Source of the DNA: Phoronis australis
Lineage: Eukaryota; Animalia; Phoronida
NCBI GenBank assembly: GCA_002633005.1
Contig: NMRA01000122.1
Coordinates: forward strand, 137,992 to 174,370
Length of the DNA stretch: 36,379 bases
Reading direction: 5' to 3'
Made by a program: the position numbers and the translations under genes. Of this stretch, positions 1-12,500 are shown one piece after another (the first letter of the stretch is position 1; each line of letters opens with the position of its first letter). The notes below the pieces were generated by a model. It was not told where the DNA came from, made no database searches, and saw only the letters and a list, made by a program, of their open reading frames with translations.

Positions 1-2149
1 TGATGATCACACTGGCAGAAATATTCAGCGTTAGGGTGCCCGGTTTGTGTGGGGGGAACACCAGATTTCTGGCGACTGGTGGCGACTAAAATTTGTTGCA
101 ACCAGCAGGGACATTACAATATGAACCCAAAGTTACAATGACTATTGACAAGTTGAAGGATTTTTTGCACTGAACACTAGGGGGCCATATCCACCTTGGG
201 TGCCTTCCTTTGCCTGTGGCACGAACAAGGCAGATAGAAAACAAGGCAGGGGTGAGTTCAGTAACACTAGAACCTCTCTAAAATTTATCCAAAACCACGT
301 GTTCTCATTTAAAATGCAGGGCAATATCTCGCGAAGTCTTGAATTATAGCAAGGTACTCGTGTTACTGCTCTTATTCTAGATGCGTCTTCAGTCTCCACG
401 TAAACAAAAGCAGCGCCATCTATCATTTAGAAGCACGCATGCCAGTTGATTTACTTACACATTTTTTGTAATAAGTAATAATCATCAATGCCGTTTTCAT
501 AGAATAGTAATTAATAATGCTGTCTGCCTTTTCTCCAAAATACAAAGTTTTTATGTCGTGTTTCGCAAGCTAATTACATGTTCCAAGAGCCCCCTATTGG
601 CAGCAGAGGCAACTGAGAACATGCAAAAGGACGAAGTGCAGTTCGTATAATGCTTCGTACGCAAAAACTACATTAGAGGCAAGATTTTTCATTTTAGATT
701 ATAAACAGGTTAGGAATGACTGAACAAATTATTATAAACTCAATTTCGGGAAAGGTGCGTTATGGCTGCTACAGAGTGCCAAATGTGGCCGAAAATGGCT
801 TCAGTGAAAACCTGAAAAATAGCCGTTTTTGCCTCACAAATTCAAAACGTACAAATTTAAAAATGGATTTTGAAAGTTATGCCATTAAATTATTCAGTCA
901 TTGCCCTTTCAATTCGTATTATTCATTTGTTTTGACCGTACCATGCATGCTAGTAAAATGCATTCAAACATTCCTACTTCGACGCTCAATTTTGTTGCAA
1001 AATGGAGGTACAGATCATAAAAAGAAAAATAATGAAGGAAAATTCTTAAAAAGTGAGGTTTTTCTACTTCTCAAGAAGCCAAACTCATGTGCTAAGTTTC
1101 CAAAAAATCGGTGATTTTGGGTATAGACTCTACCTGTTGGTTTATATATGGAGTCACTCTTAAATGTGTGCAGTTTTAGTGCTTGGGGGGAGGCTCAGAT
1201 CCAATTTCAAGTGTCAAATTCGGAACACGGCGCAATCGTAACGGAACTATGGCTAAGTATAGTCTCTCCCGCGATATCTCAGGCGACCGGCAGTGGCGCT
1301 GGGCACTACGACTCCGTTTCCGTCGTCTGCTCCACTGTGCAATGAAGAAAATTACTTCATTTTTAAAGAAAATGGAATCTGAGTGATGATGAAAAACAGA
1401 AGGTGCTGGTAAGATGTCAATTTTAATCGAAGCCTTGGTGAATCACTCAGAAACTCATAATTCTCTCTTTGTTAAACCTCAACTTAAGACGATTTCCAAA
1501 GCAATCGCGTCATTATTGCCAAGACAAAAAACGGATTTGGTCTTTCGGGCAATTGGAGACTATTTTAAATACAACAAACTAATTGCACTGCTTGCCCCGA
1601 TTTTGATACTTTTTCGATTTTTACTGAGTATGATGCATTGTCCTTCCGATGATAGCAGAGTACTTTTTCAAAACGAAAAAAATTCAAAACGAAAAAAAAT
1701 TTTGGTTCGACCGGCCTACGTAACAGGAACTAAACACCAATGCTATTTTAACATAATCAACAAAAGTACGCGTATCATGCCAAAAAAAAATTAACGACTA
1801 CTAACTACGAACTATTAATACACTATATATACAAACGAATCACAAGATATTACTAATAAAACAAGATAATGAAGACTTTTCGAGCCACCGATATCACGTT
1901 CAGTTACAAGGAAAAAATGGCGGCGTTCAGGACAAGTTCCTGAACTGACGAGCCTGAAATGTGAGTACGGAAATAATCAAGTGACAGTCGGTAATTATCT
2001 GCTCACACAGAAAGGTCAAGTACAGGTAAAAAAACGCTTGTGGCACGAAAGGCGAAAAAATATAATGAATGTGTATCGGAAATAAGATTTTATTTATTAA
2101 GTATTTTCGGATACTGGAGCCACATTGGCATTTTAAGGTAAACAGTATC

Positions 2150-2240
2150 CGCAACAGTAGTAGCAGCTTCATTAGCAGAAACAGTAGCAGAGGCGGCGGT
2201 GGCGTCGGCGACAGCAGCAGCAGCAATAGCATTAGTAGTA
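2150..2240. repeat. Degenerate (AGC/AGT/GGC)n trinucleotide low-complexity tract
   Basis: Directly visible. Confidence 0.75.
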
Positions 2241-4395
2241 GAAAGGTGTTATTCATAATAAAAAAATTGTTCAATGTTACAACACCACTCTCCCATTGGG
2301 TCCAAGAGTAAAAATATTAGAAATATGGTAACCAAAATGGTACAAAAAAAATTAATATAAAGTAACAAGGTTAATAACATAATTAGTAATACCTTGGTGA
2401 AATACTATATACAATTTAAAATTGTCCACGTGCCTGGATCAAAAGGCATCTGTAGACCCATTCTGAGGGACATCAGAATCGACATAGTTCCCTTAATCGA
2501 AATGATTCATTTTTCAGATCATCCTTTTGAAAATCAATAATAAATCATGTATACTTATAATCCACAGCCGACCAAAAAATGTTTCCCCGTGTTCTATACA
2601 GAATATTTAATCAGAATACAGGTTTGCTAAACGACATTGAGCGTATTAACATCTAAACGCTTCGGACTAATGAGAAAACTTTTCTCCGTGCAACTACATC
2701 TATTGAAATTTTAAAAAAACTGCTTACGCACGTGTCAACCGATACATTTTTATGAATTTAATAAAAATTTGTCGTTTCAGTAGTTCTACGCCGTATTGTG
2801 CTAAAATGCTACGTATTGTATTTCTTTTTTACGATTTTTTACCGCAGTTTACAATAAATTACTCAAACCTTCGTTTTGACTTTTACTAACAATATCTTTT
2901 GTCGAAATAATCTCGGATTTGCGTCAATTAATCGTAAATTCCCTTCCTCGTTCGTCGCTTACGAGTACAGTATATGTAATATATTTTGCCATTTGAACAG
3001 TATTTTGACTCGCTTTCGTCAGTGCTGTGGTTTGCTATATTTTTAGCAAAATAGTGTTATGGTTAAAGCAAGAAATGTTTGACATGTATGTTACTGTATA
3101 CCACTGCTTAAAGTGGTACCGTCTTCGTGCTTAGTGTTTTGCCGAGATAGACTGCACGGGGAGCCATCTATTGTCCAGCAACGAAAGGAAACATGCGACG
3201 ATTGTTCGCCTTGTCGAGAACCTGCGTATTATTCGCTTTATACCGTATTTCTTCGACTTGCAGGAGACTGTTCAATCACTATCAGGGTAATCTTACATAA
3301 CCATATTTCCGAAATTCGGTTTAGACAAATGATTTCGCTCTTCCCAGTTGCAGTGTTGTTTCACTTAAATTCTTAGCTCCTGTGCTTGACTGAGGACAGT
3401 AGAGCAGACGATTTCGCAATCCATTGACGATCTTGCATGGTCATGTCAACCTCTTGATCACATTCATGTTGATGCGTTTATATTCGTGCACAAGTGATCA
3501 CGGTCGTGTTTCATGATCGCAGAACGTTAAGCAGACCCTAAATCTAGGATCTCTCTAGTTCTATGCTCTGACTAACAAGGTCAACGTTTTGCTCTGCTGG
3601 TTGGGGCGCCATCTTGCTGTAGTGAACAGAAACGCAATACTTGTCTGAAAATACTGAAGACTCGGGGCGTTTTGGGACACTTCACGGTATCCATTGATGA
3701 ATAAACATGAAGCACCGCAATTATTGTATTTCTTTGACAATAAACGACTGGTGTTAATTCGTGTCATTCCATCATGATGGTATTTTTCTTTGAATCTTTC
3801 GTGTTAATTTGTCAAAAAAATGATTTTCATAAGGAGCTACATAACCTGGATACTATTACTGAGCAAGCCTATCCGTGGCCTCAAAAACCTCCGCTAGAAC
3901 CAGACATTTTTACCTTTTTAATGTTTATCAGAGTGCAACCATAATTCGCATTGCAGTAAATAGATAACAGTTGTCTATCAGGCAATTATGTTTGTACACC
4001 AAGAAAGATAAGAAAAATACCATTCGTGCCACATGCTGCAAACCTGACATTCGCACAGGGATCAGATGTCTTGACTTTTAGGAAAAGCATGAATCTATAA
4101 GAGACCATCTATTTTCAAATTCAATAAATTAACAGTTTTTATAAAAATAAGTTTTTCAACTTTAAAATAATCTAGAATTTCTATTTTAGGTGATGTTAAC
4201 TGGGGGGAGGGATCAATTCGTTTACTTTTATTAGTCTACTTTTATATATGTGAAATATAGTTAAAGAAATTATGAGATTATGAATATCTGGCGTGCCAAC
4301 TTTCACAAAAATTAAGCACTACTGATGTTTTTCCAAAAAAACAATTCAAACAGATGCCAACTGGATTTGATACTAAGGGAAAGCCAAAAATGAAG

Positions 4396-4703
4396 AATTA
4401 GGTCTGCATACTCCTATTTAGACAAAATGTATGCAACCCAATTAGGTCGGCATACTCCTCTTTACAGAAAATGCATGTAACCCAATTAGGTCTGCATACT
4501 CCTCTTTACACAAAATGCATGTAACCCAATTAGGTCTGCAGACTCCTCTTTACAGAAAATGTATGTAACCCAATTAGGTCTGCAGACTCCTCTTTACAGA
4601 AAATGCATGTAACCCAATTAGGTCTGCAGACTCCTCTTTACACAAAATGCATGTAACCCAATTAGGTCTGCAGACTCCTCTTTACAGAAAATGCATGTTA
4701 CCC
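4396..4703. repeat. Minisatellite, 7 x 44 bp (aattaggtctgcakactcctctttacasaaaatgcatgtaaccc)
   Basis: Units start at 4396, 4440, 4484, 4528, 4572, 4616 and 4660; near-identical, no spacers. Confidence 0.95.
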
Positions 4704-5944
4704 AGTTTTTACTCCAATTTTATGTAAAAACATGATTAGGGCTCATGATTCTTTTCAATAGTCTAAATTGAAACCATTTAAGTTTTATATCAGAATAGAG
4801 AGAGATGATCTATAGACCTTCTCCCACCACTCCTGCTCTGGAGAAATATTTAAAAGCTGTTTTCTCACTTGACTTCAGATTTTGTTTGTTTTTTTTTCTA
4901 GTGACCATTAACTAAGTGAGTATAGGCTATTTTGTTTGGATACTTCCTAAATACGACTCTAAAGAGTTGAGAAAACATGGCAAAGTAATAAACGCAGAAT
5001 TAAGGTCAAAGGAACCCAAATATTTTCTAATAGATTGTAAATTTCACAAAATTCTGTAATTAGTGGGAAGAAAAAATCTCACTCAAAAGTTTTGATGTAA
5101 CAGAAATTCACCACTTTCCAAAATATCATAAACTGACTCCTCTCTCATACCCTCGCTTGAAACAAGTAGCATTACCACCAATGACAAATGTGAGTTACAC
5201 CATAAGGGAAATCTTGTTTATCTTGGAGATAACCTAACACAAGTGTAAAAACACTTCCTTCCAGAGAGGGTTAGTTACCTGTTTCATCAAAAGCTTGAGA
5301 TTGGAATCACCAAAGTGCATCAAGTTGTGTGTTTCCATAAATTGATTATGAAACGCGAGCCGTTGCCATGATCCTTAGTTGTTGAGTATTATTTTTTTTT
5401 GTCCATGAAAACTTTGAACTCTGAATGAAGTGTTCAACGTGCAACATGGTACAGCCTGCCTTAGAGAAATCTTGTACAATTGTTCTTCTACTGATTCTAT
5501 CAATCTTACCCTGCCAAAGAAATTTGAAAAGTGTTTTCTCTAATTTTTATTTTACCAGATAATGTCCTTCGATGAAAGTTCAAACGACAGTTACGTTTTT
5601 ATCAAATCGGGTCTTGCAGGTTTTAGACTCTGATGATGTGAAAGCGTGAATGTCTCTATCATTTGTGTTTTCTGTCAAAAGAGTAAATTTCATATCTGCA
5701 TCGTTATGGATAGGACTGCGAGTATAAATAACAATTTATAGCACGCATTTCTAAACAACTACATGTTTTGAAAGAAACTTGTGGGCGTGAAGTCAACATG
5801 ATTAATGTAGAACTAGGGAAAGGGACAGGGGAAAGGTTGGACCCCGAGTCCTGCTTGGAATGTGACTATTGATAGGTTTGCTGCAATAGAATATCTGTTT
5901 GAGGATGCCTTTTCAGTTCCTTATGACTTGCAGACTGCACCAAC

Positions 5945-6506
5945 ATGCGATACAGATTCCAAAAGCAGCAAACCAGTGGGTATAGTGCTGCCGTCTACCG
6001 GCAGGAAGGATCAACGAGGCAGGTACAAGAGAACCTCCGTGAAAGAGACTACAAATACTCTGGCTTTACACTGTGGCTGACTATATTCGCGTTCTTCATC
6101 GGTCTATGGATGGTAACTAGTCACGAACAAAACTCATTTCCACCCCCACGATCACTGCGCGATACACCGGATGATGAATTCTGTGAGGAACGTGCTCGAA
6201 TGTACCTTAAGTCTATAACAGACATCGGACCAAGGACCGTTGGAAGTTTCGAAAATGAACGAGTCACTGTAGTCACAATAGCCAGAATGTTGCGACTGAT
6301 TATTGCCAATAAGAAATCTTGCCATTCTGTCCAATATGAAGTAATGACAGTATCTGGGGGAAGCTTTAGTTTGGACTTTATCGCACAGTTCTCAAGTGTT
6401 TACAGTAGTGTGCGAAATATCTTGGCCAAGATTGGGCCGACTAAAGAATTCAGTCGTCGTAGTTTACTCGTGAACTGTCACTATGATACAGTAGTTGACT
6501 CACCTG
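5945..6506 (+). CDS. ERMP1: ERMP1 coding exon 1 (N-terminus, TM anchor, start of M28 domain)
   Basis: Acceptor ttgcag ends at 5933, caacATG at 5945, [21 protein letters not shown] and [14 protein letters not shown], donor G|gtaagt. An upstream exon (UTR or short coding) is likely. Confidence 0.92.
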
Positions 6507-9500
6507 GTAAGTCTTCGGATACTAGCTCCACCCCGCAGCTTTGACCACAACAATAAAAATTAACGTGTTTTACAAAGAAGTTTTTCAAAACATCATCAAA
6601 GATGGTTTGGAGCGGTTGAGTTTTAATTTCACAACCAGAAGTGGCTGGTTAGTTGCTCTAACATAGCTATTAGTATGATCTTAAAACAGGAAAACGCTCG
6701 CGTGGGAACCGACCAAGTGTACAATTTCAAACAGAGCTCCAGTGTTCGATGTCGTGTTTTTCAGTCTAAAGCTATTTTTCCGTCCGTCTCCAGACCGTTT
6801 CATTAGAAATCTTGTACCAAGAAAACGATCAGTTAGATGTTATAGGTTATTGAGAAAAATACCTTAAGTCCAAAAAATATCCGTTTCTCTAGTTTTATAT
6901 AAAACGTTTCCCGCATTAAAACGGGTCTTTAATTGTCCAACTGTATAGTATGGCCAAAAAACATACTTAGTTCTGGTTTTTACCCCCGACCTGTGCTCAC
7001 CGATTAAAAAATGCTTACCCGCGTCAATTTTGGTCTGGGCATTTTTGTAGTTTATGGAAGCTACGCAAATACACGTAAAAAATCTAATCCCGCATCTTGT
7101 TTACTCGTCTCAGGTGGGTTTTTGCCACTGAGTCGACTTTCAAAAAAAGAAAATAGAACCATGAGTTGTGTTTTTGGCTAAACTAAAACGTTGTTTTGAA
7201 CAAATAACGCAGCTCGTTGCTGTACTCCTCGTGTATTCACTAGGTGGCAGCGATGATGCCGTGAGCTGTGCTCTAATGCTTGAGACTCTGCGCGCGTTGT
7301 CTCAGAGGGAGACAGCCCTTACACATCCCATTATATTCAACTTTAATGGAGCTGAAGAAAACATCTTACAGGTTGGTAAACTAACAACTACCCAAATACT
7401 GAGTTACAGGAAATGTAACATGGGGATTAAATGGAAATTTGGTGACTTATATTCTAGATAATTAATTTAATTTAAGGTAATAGACACCAGCGCCCCAAGC
7501 TATAAATGTTCTGGGGCATTTTCGCCACAGTTTTGGAAGTGGCCCACTCCCCGATTGCCACGACGTTGGAAGGGCAATTGTAGTGACGAGTGGGTGCCCT
7601 AATTTTCACTCCCCCTCAGCTGGCGGCTATAAAATTTTGCAGCTGCCTATCCTCTGTGGACACGGCTTTTGAAGCCCCTCTGCGACGAGGCGGGGCCCCT
7701 ATTGCGTGCAAGTTCCTAAGTTGCAGTTTTGTTTTGCTGAACGCACTGTCGTCACAACGTCTGACTAACTCCTGTGGGCCCCTGTTTTTCACGAGGCCTC
7801 AAGCAGTAGCTTATTTGACTTAATCCGCAACTGATGAATAGGCCTTCAACTAATATGCCATTTCGCGTTTTGATTTAGTATCAGAAATGCGAGGTATGCG
7901 GTACTACTTCCAATAATAACCATGACCTTCCAAGGTGAAGGGATCGTGCTTCCGCCATTATGGGACCTTCACAACAGTCACGCCCAGGTTGCCCTGGGAG
8001 TTGCAACAAAGGACATCAAACTGCAGATGCTTGAGATTTCGCCATTAAAACAGTGTTAAAGTGACCGAACGAGGTTTGTGATGCATTAACCGCCATCTTT
8101 CCAAGCCCGTTCCTTCTCCAATGATGTATCAAACATGACTGGTATGTTGTAGTAGTTTAGTGGTTACCTCCACCCAAAAACTCTCACCCCCAGCTTTGAT
8201 CGTCTCTACAATGTACATATACCTCCCGTGTCGGTCATATTCACAGCTGCTTGTAGTAGTAATAAAATAACTGATGAGGTCACTGCCTCGATTTCAGCCT
8301 TTGTAACGAATGATAAAGTTATCAAAGTATATGACACATTTTACTGTTTTATAGCCTGATCAAAGACACTTCAACAAGTCAAGGCTACGCAAAATAACCC
8401 CAAAATTCGTGTTTTTTTCGACCGTGATTATGTTTAAAATTTATTTTGTAAATATAATGTTCAAAGTACATGTAGGGCATAAAACTGGAATAATGGAATG
8501 CCATCTCGCGCGCGTGACCCTTGCCCCTTAGTACGTGTAACACATTGCGACACCGAAATTTCACGGGACTGGCCGCGATTTGCAGTGTGCATTTGTACGG
8601 TGGCCCGAAAGTATCATCGCTACTTTTGTTTAAATATTTTTTCATTTTTCATTTTCCTCCTAGGTGGAAATAATTCAACCTAGGTGAAAACTATTTTCAC
8701 CTGGTTGGAAACTATTTTCACCTGGGTGGAAACTATTTTCACCTGGGTGGAAACTATTTTCACCCGGGTGGAAACTATTTCAACCTAGGTGGAAATTATT
8801 TTCACCTGGGTAGAAATTATTTTCACCTGGGTGGAAACTATTTTCACTCGGATGGAAACTATTTCAACCTAGGTGGACTTTATTTTCACCTGGGTAGAAA
8901 TTATTTTCACCTGGGTGGAAACTATTTTAACCTAGGTGGAAATTATTTTCACCCGGGTGGAAACTATTTTCACCTGGGTGGAAACTATTTTCACCCGGGT
9001 GGAAACTATTTCGACCTAGGTGGAAATTATTTTCACCTGGGTGGAAACTATTTTCACCCGGGTGGAAATTATTTTCACTTGGGTGAAACTATTTCAACCT
9101 AGGTGGAAACTATTTTCACCCGGGTGGAAAGTATTTTCACCTGGGTAGAAACTATTTCAACCTAGGTGGAAATTATTTTCACCTGGGTGGAAATTATTTT
9201 CACCTGGGTGGAAACTATTTCAACCTAGGTGAAAATAATTTCCACCTAGGTTGAAATAGTTTCCACCTGGGTGAAAATAATTTCCACCTAGGTGGAAATA
9301 ATTTCCACCTAGGTTGAAATAGTTTCCACCCGGGTGAAAATAATTTCCACCTAGGTTGAAATATTTCCTCCTAGGTGGAAAAGGAAAAATAAAAAAATAT
9401 TAAACTAAAGTAGCGATGATACTTTCGGGCCACCGTACATTTGTGCTTTTCCGCTCGACTGAGTCTTGGTGGATTGTTGCTGTTATCAAGTCGAGACCAA

Positions 9501-12500
9501 TTTCATTGCTTCCTTTCATTTTGTTTGTTTTTGTCCATAAGCGAAACCCGCACCTCAAGCGCCAGGCTCTTGAGGTAGGATTTGTCGCCAAAATCAGTGA
9601 ACAAACCCTTCCATTACACTGGTCATCCTGTACGCATCGACCCGTGACCCAGACTGGGTGACGGAAATAGTCTGGCATCTGCTATCTGTTCATTTTCAGT
9701 CGTAGTGACCTTTGTGTCTATAGAGGAATACTGCAAGCTTTTACGGTGTGGTCATGGCAACCGGGGCGCTCCCTCACGTTTTTTTTTTGGAGTATACTGA
9801 CTTTACTGATACTGATTTTGTTGACCTCATTAGATTCGATTACTACTACTACTACACTGTACATGTACTTCTAATGCATGGGATATTGTACCCGGTCTTG
9901 TCTGTTGCTTCAGAGCCAAAGTTTAAAGACAAACTTTAGGTATTGCATATTTTTCGTGGTTTCGCGACTTTTTGAAAACGTACGATTACGTTTCATTGCT
10001 TACTTAACAAAATTTGTGTTCCCATGTTTGTGACTAGCCTTTATGGTCATGATACGTGGCAAATTAGCTGACAAAAGCACTCTGCCTGTCAACACTTACT
10101 AAAACTGAAATCAAGAAAACATACTGTAGGCTATCAAGTGTTCCTGTATGCCTTTCAAGTCAAATATTTTTCGATGACTAATTTTTGTTTTGTGTTTTAA
10201 CATTCATTTAATCCATATGTTGTTGAGCTTTCCAACCTTCACCGTAAATCCGCCTCCTACCCCCATTTGTATGTTAGTCAAGTAAACATGTCCACTTAAT
10301 ATGTGTGAATAGCTGTGCAATCATTGATGTAGTAACATATCACGAGTTGGCACTGGATATAAGTGCTCAAGTTATCTTAATGAGCTTGGTGAAGTATCTG
10401 ATATTTTTAATTATGTTTAAAGTTTGGGTAGGATTTGGCAGTACATTTTCTTTTAGACATGTTGTGATGATCATGTTCCATCTACAATTTATGGCCTAAT
10501 AGGTATTCTCTCTAACTAACGGGAGTCCCGTCTTCCGTTTTTAAACTAGATGTAAATAAAATCTGCCCATATAGTGCTGTTACTCGATTCGTGTAACATA
10601 CGCGTTACAGTTTGATTGTGTTTTCAACTTTCGGGTGACATTATTTCATCAATATAATTCCCAGTTTCACTTAGCTACCACAAAGTGCAAAGTCTCTCAG
10701 GATATAAATGTAACTGCTAGTTACTGAGAAAACTTCTGCAAATTATTTCTACACTGTGAAGCGCACACAGTTACTTGGTTAAACCTTTACTCAGAAAGTG
10801 TGAAGTGGGAACGTAAGACCAAAAGTTCTACCCTCTGACACAGCGTCACCTATACTGAAAAGTGGCCTTGTGGAAACATGATGAACGGCACACGGAATTC
10901 CGTGTGTGGGCTTCAATGCGCATGCTTGGTGGGAAGTTTACCGATCACATCGCCACCACTTGCACACGCCTTTATGCACTGTACTTGTTTGGACTTAAGC
11001 CACTGGATTGGGGTTCCCTTGATTTTGTATACTTCGATCACTGCCCATTTTAATAAAATGTAACTAGTCAAGTCAAAGATGGTCACCCTCAGACTCATAC
11101 GTGGTAACTGTAAATTGAAAGGGTTTCCCAGATTTCAACCAATGGGAATGACTGAACGTTATGACGTCGGTTTCATTAGTCTAACCAATGAAACGCAATG
11201 TTAAACAACATGCGACTGTGCTACCTTTCGTAGCACTGTGAAAGACTGTACAAAAATTCTTGAGTCACTTTCATGAAGTGAGACCCTAATTTCTTAGTAA
11301 GTCTTTATAATTGGTGGTTACGAGCTACCGTTTACTTCGTGATGAAATGGTGTTTGTTTAATAAAGGCAAGTCATGGCTTCATCACCCAACATCCTTGGG
11401 CAAAGACTATTCAAGCGTTTGTCAACCTAGAGGGCGCTGGTGCAGGCGGTAAAGAGCTCGTCTTCCAAATCGGCCCTGGCGATCCATGGTTAGTCGATGC
11501 CTATGCAAAGTCGGTGAAATACCCACATGCAACTGTCATTGCCAACGAGTTGTTTGAGACTGGTGTCATCCCGGGCGACACAGATTTCAGAATTTATCGA
11601 GATTACGGACACGTGTCAGGTAATGTTTTCGGCGGATAACACTGATAGACTTTTGATGAACTGCATTATCCCCGATCGTAGAGTCAGATTCAGAGGATTT
11701 CTTTATTTGTTCATGTGTGGAAATGATGTGATTGATTTGTCTAGCTTCACTGATTTATAACACATCCCAAATTTGCATGGTAATTTAAAACATCTTAATT
11801 CCAGTTTTCAACTTCGTATTTTAAACCAAAATATCTCTTGTGTAATCTGTCTTCTTTTGTTAGAGATGTGTGCCTTTTAGGAACCTATTTCATCTTCTAT
11901 ATCGGTTTCTAGGTATTGATATTGCATACGTTGCCAATGGGTATGTTTATCACACCAAATACGACACACCTGAGTTTATTCCACCTGGATGCATTCAACG
12001 TGGAGGTAAAGCACGTGCAAATGTTTATTCCTTATTCAAATATTGTATGTGCTCTAAATAATGCCGTCGCTGTTGACTAGTATTTCGAAAAATGATAATT
12101 TCTTTTTCACAGCCAAGTTGTTTTGCATGTGGCAGTTTTTATCCGTCACGTGAGCAGCGATGGAAACTCAGGGCGCGTTTTGCAAACGCAAGACATTCGC
12201 CAGAAAGGTTTAGTTATGGAACGGACATAGCCCGTTTTTACGTGCCACTTGCTCCCATAATTTAACACTTCAGCTTCACCGACCAATCACTGCAGTGGTA
12301 ACCATCTTCAGTGGCTAGTATGCGCAGTAAGTTTCCTAGATTACTCGCGAAAGAACAACCCCCTTTCACTCGAGTGATTTTACGTGATCTCGGAATTCCC
12401 ACATGAAACATGCTCTAAGAATGCACCCCTGTGTCCGGGGTGCAAAATTTGTGCTCGAAAATGGCTATTTGGATGACAGGCTTCGGGTTAACTTCCAAAT

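Noticed and set aside
716-1794. ORFs of 132 aa and 126 aa on +
   Set aside because: No recognisable domain; AT-rich sequence that looks repeat-derived.
1925-1945. Hairpin as an iron-responsive element
   Set aside because: The loop is CAAGT rather than CAGUGN and there is no bulged C.
1927-2311. Leu-rich and Ser-rich ORFs on both strands
   Set aside because: Artefacts of trinucleotide low complexity.
4396-4703. CRISPR-like regular repeat
   Set aside because: The units are contiguous with no unique spacers, there are no cas genes, and the context is eukaryotic.
8657-9380. Palindromic repeats as a CRISPR array or iterons
   Set aside because: No spacers; fully explained as the interior of a TIR/TSD-bounded MITE.
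12168-12431. Possible Harbinger-like MITE (cagggcgcgttt ... aatgcacccctg)
   Set aside because: The TIR match is poor and the flanks do not form an identical TSD.
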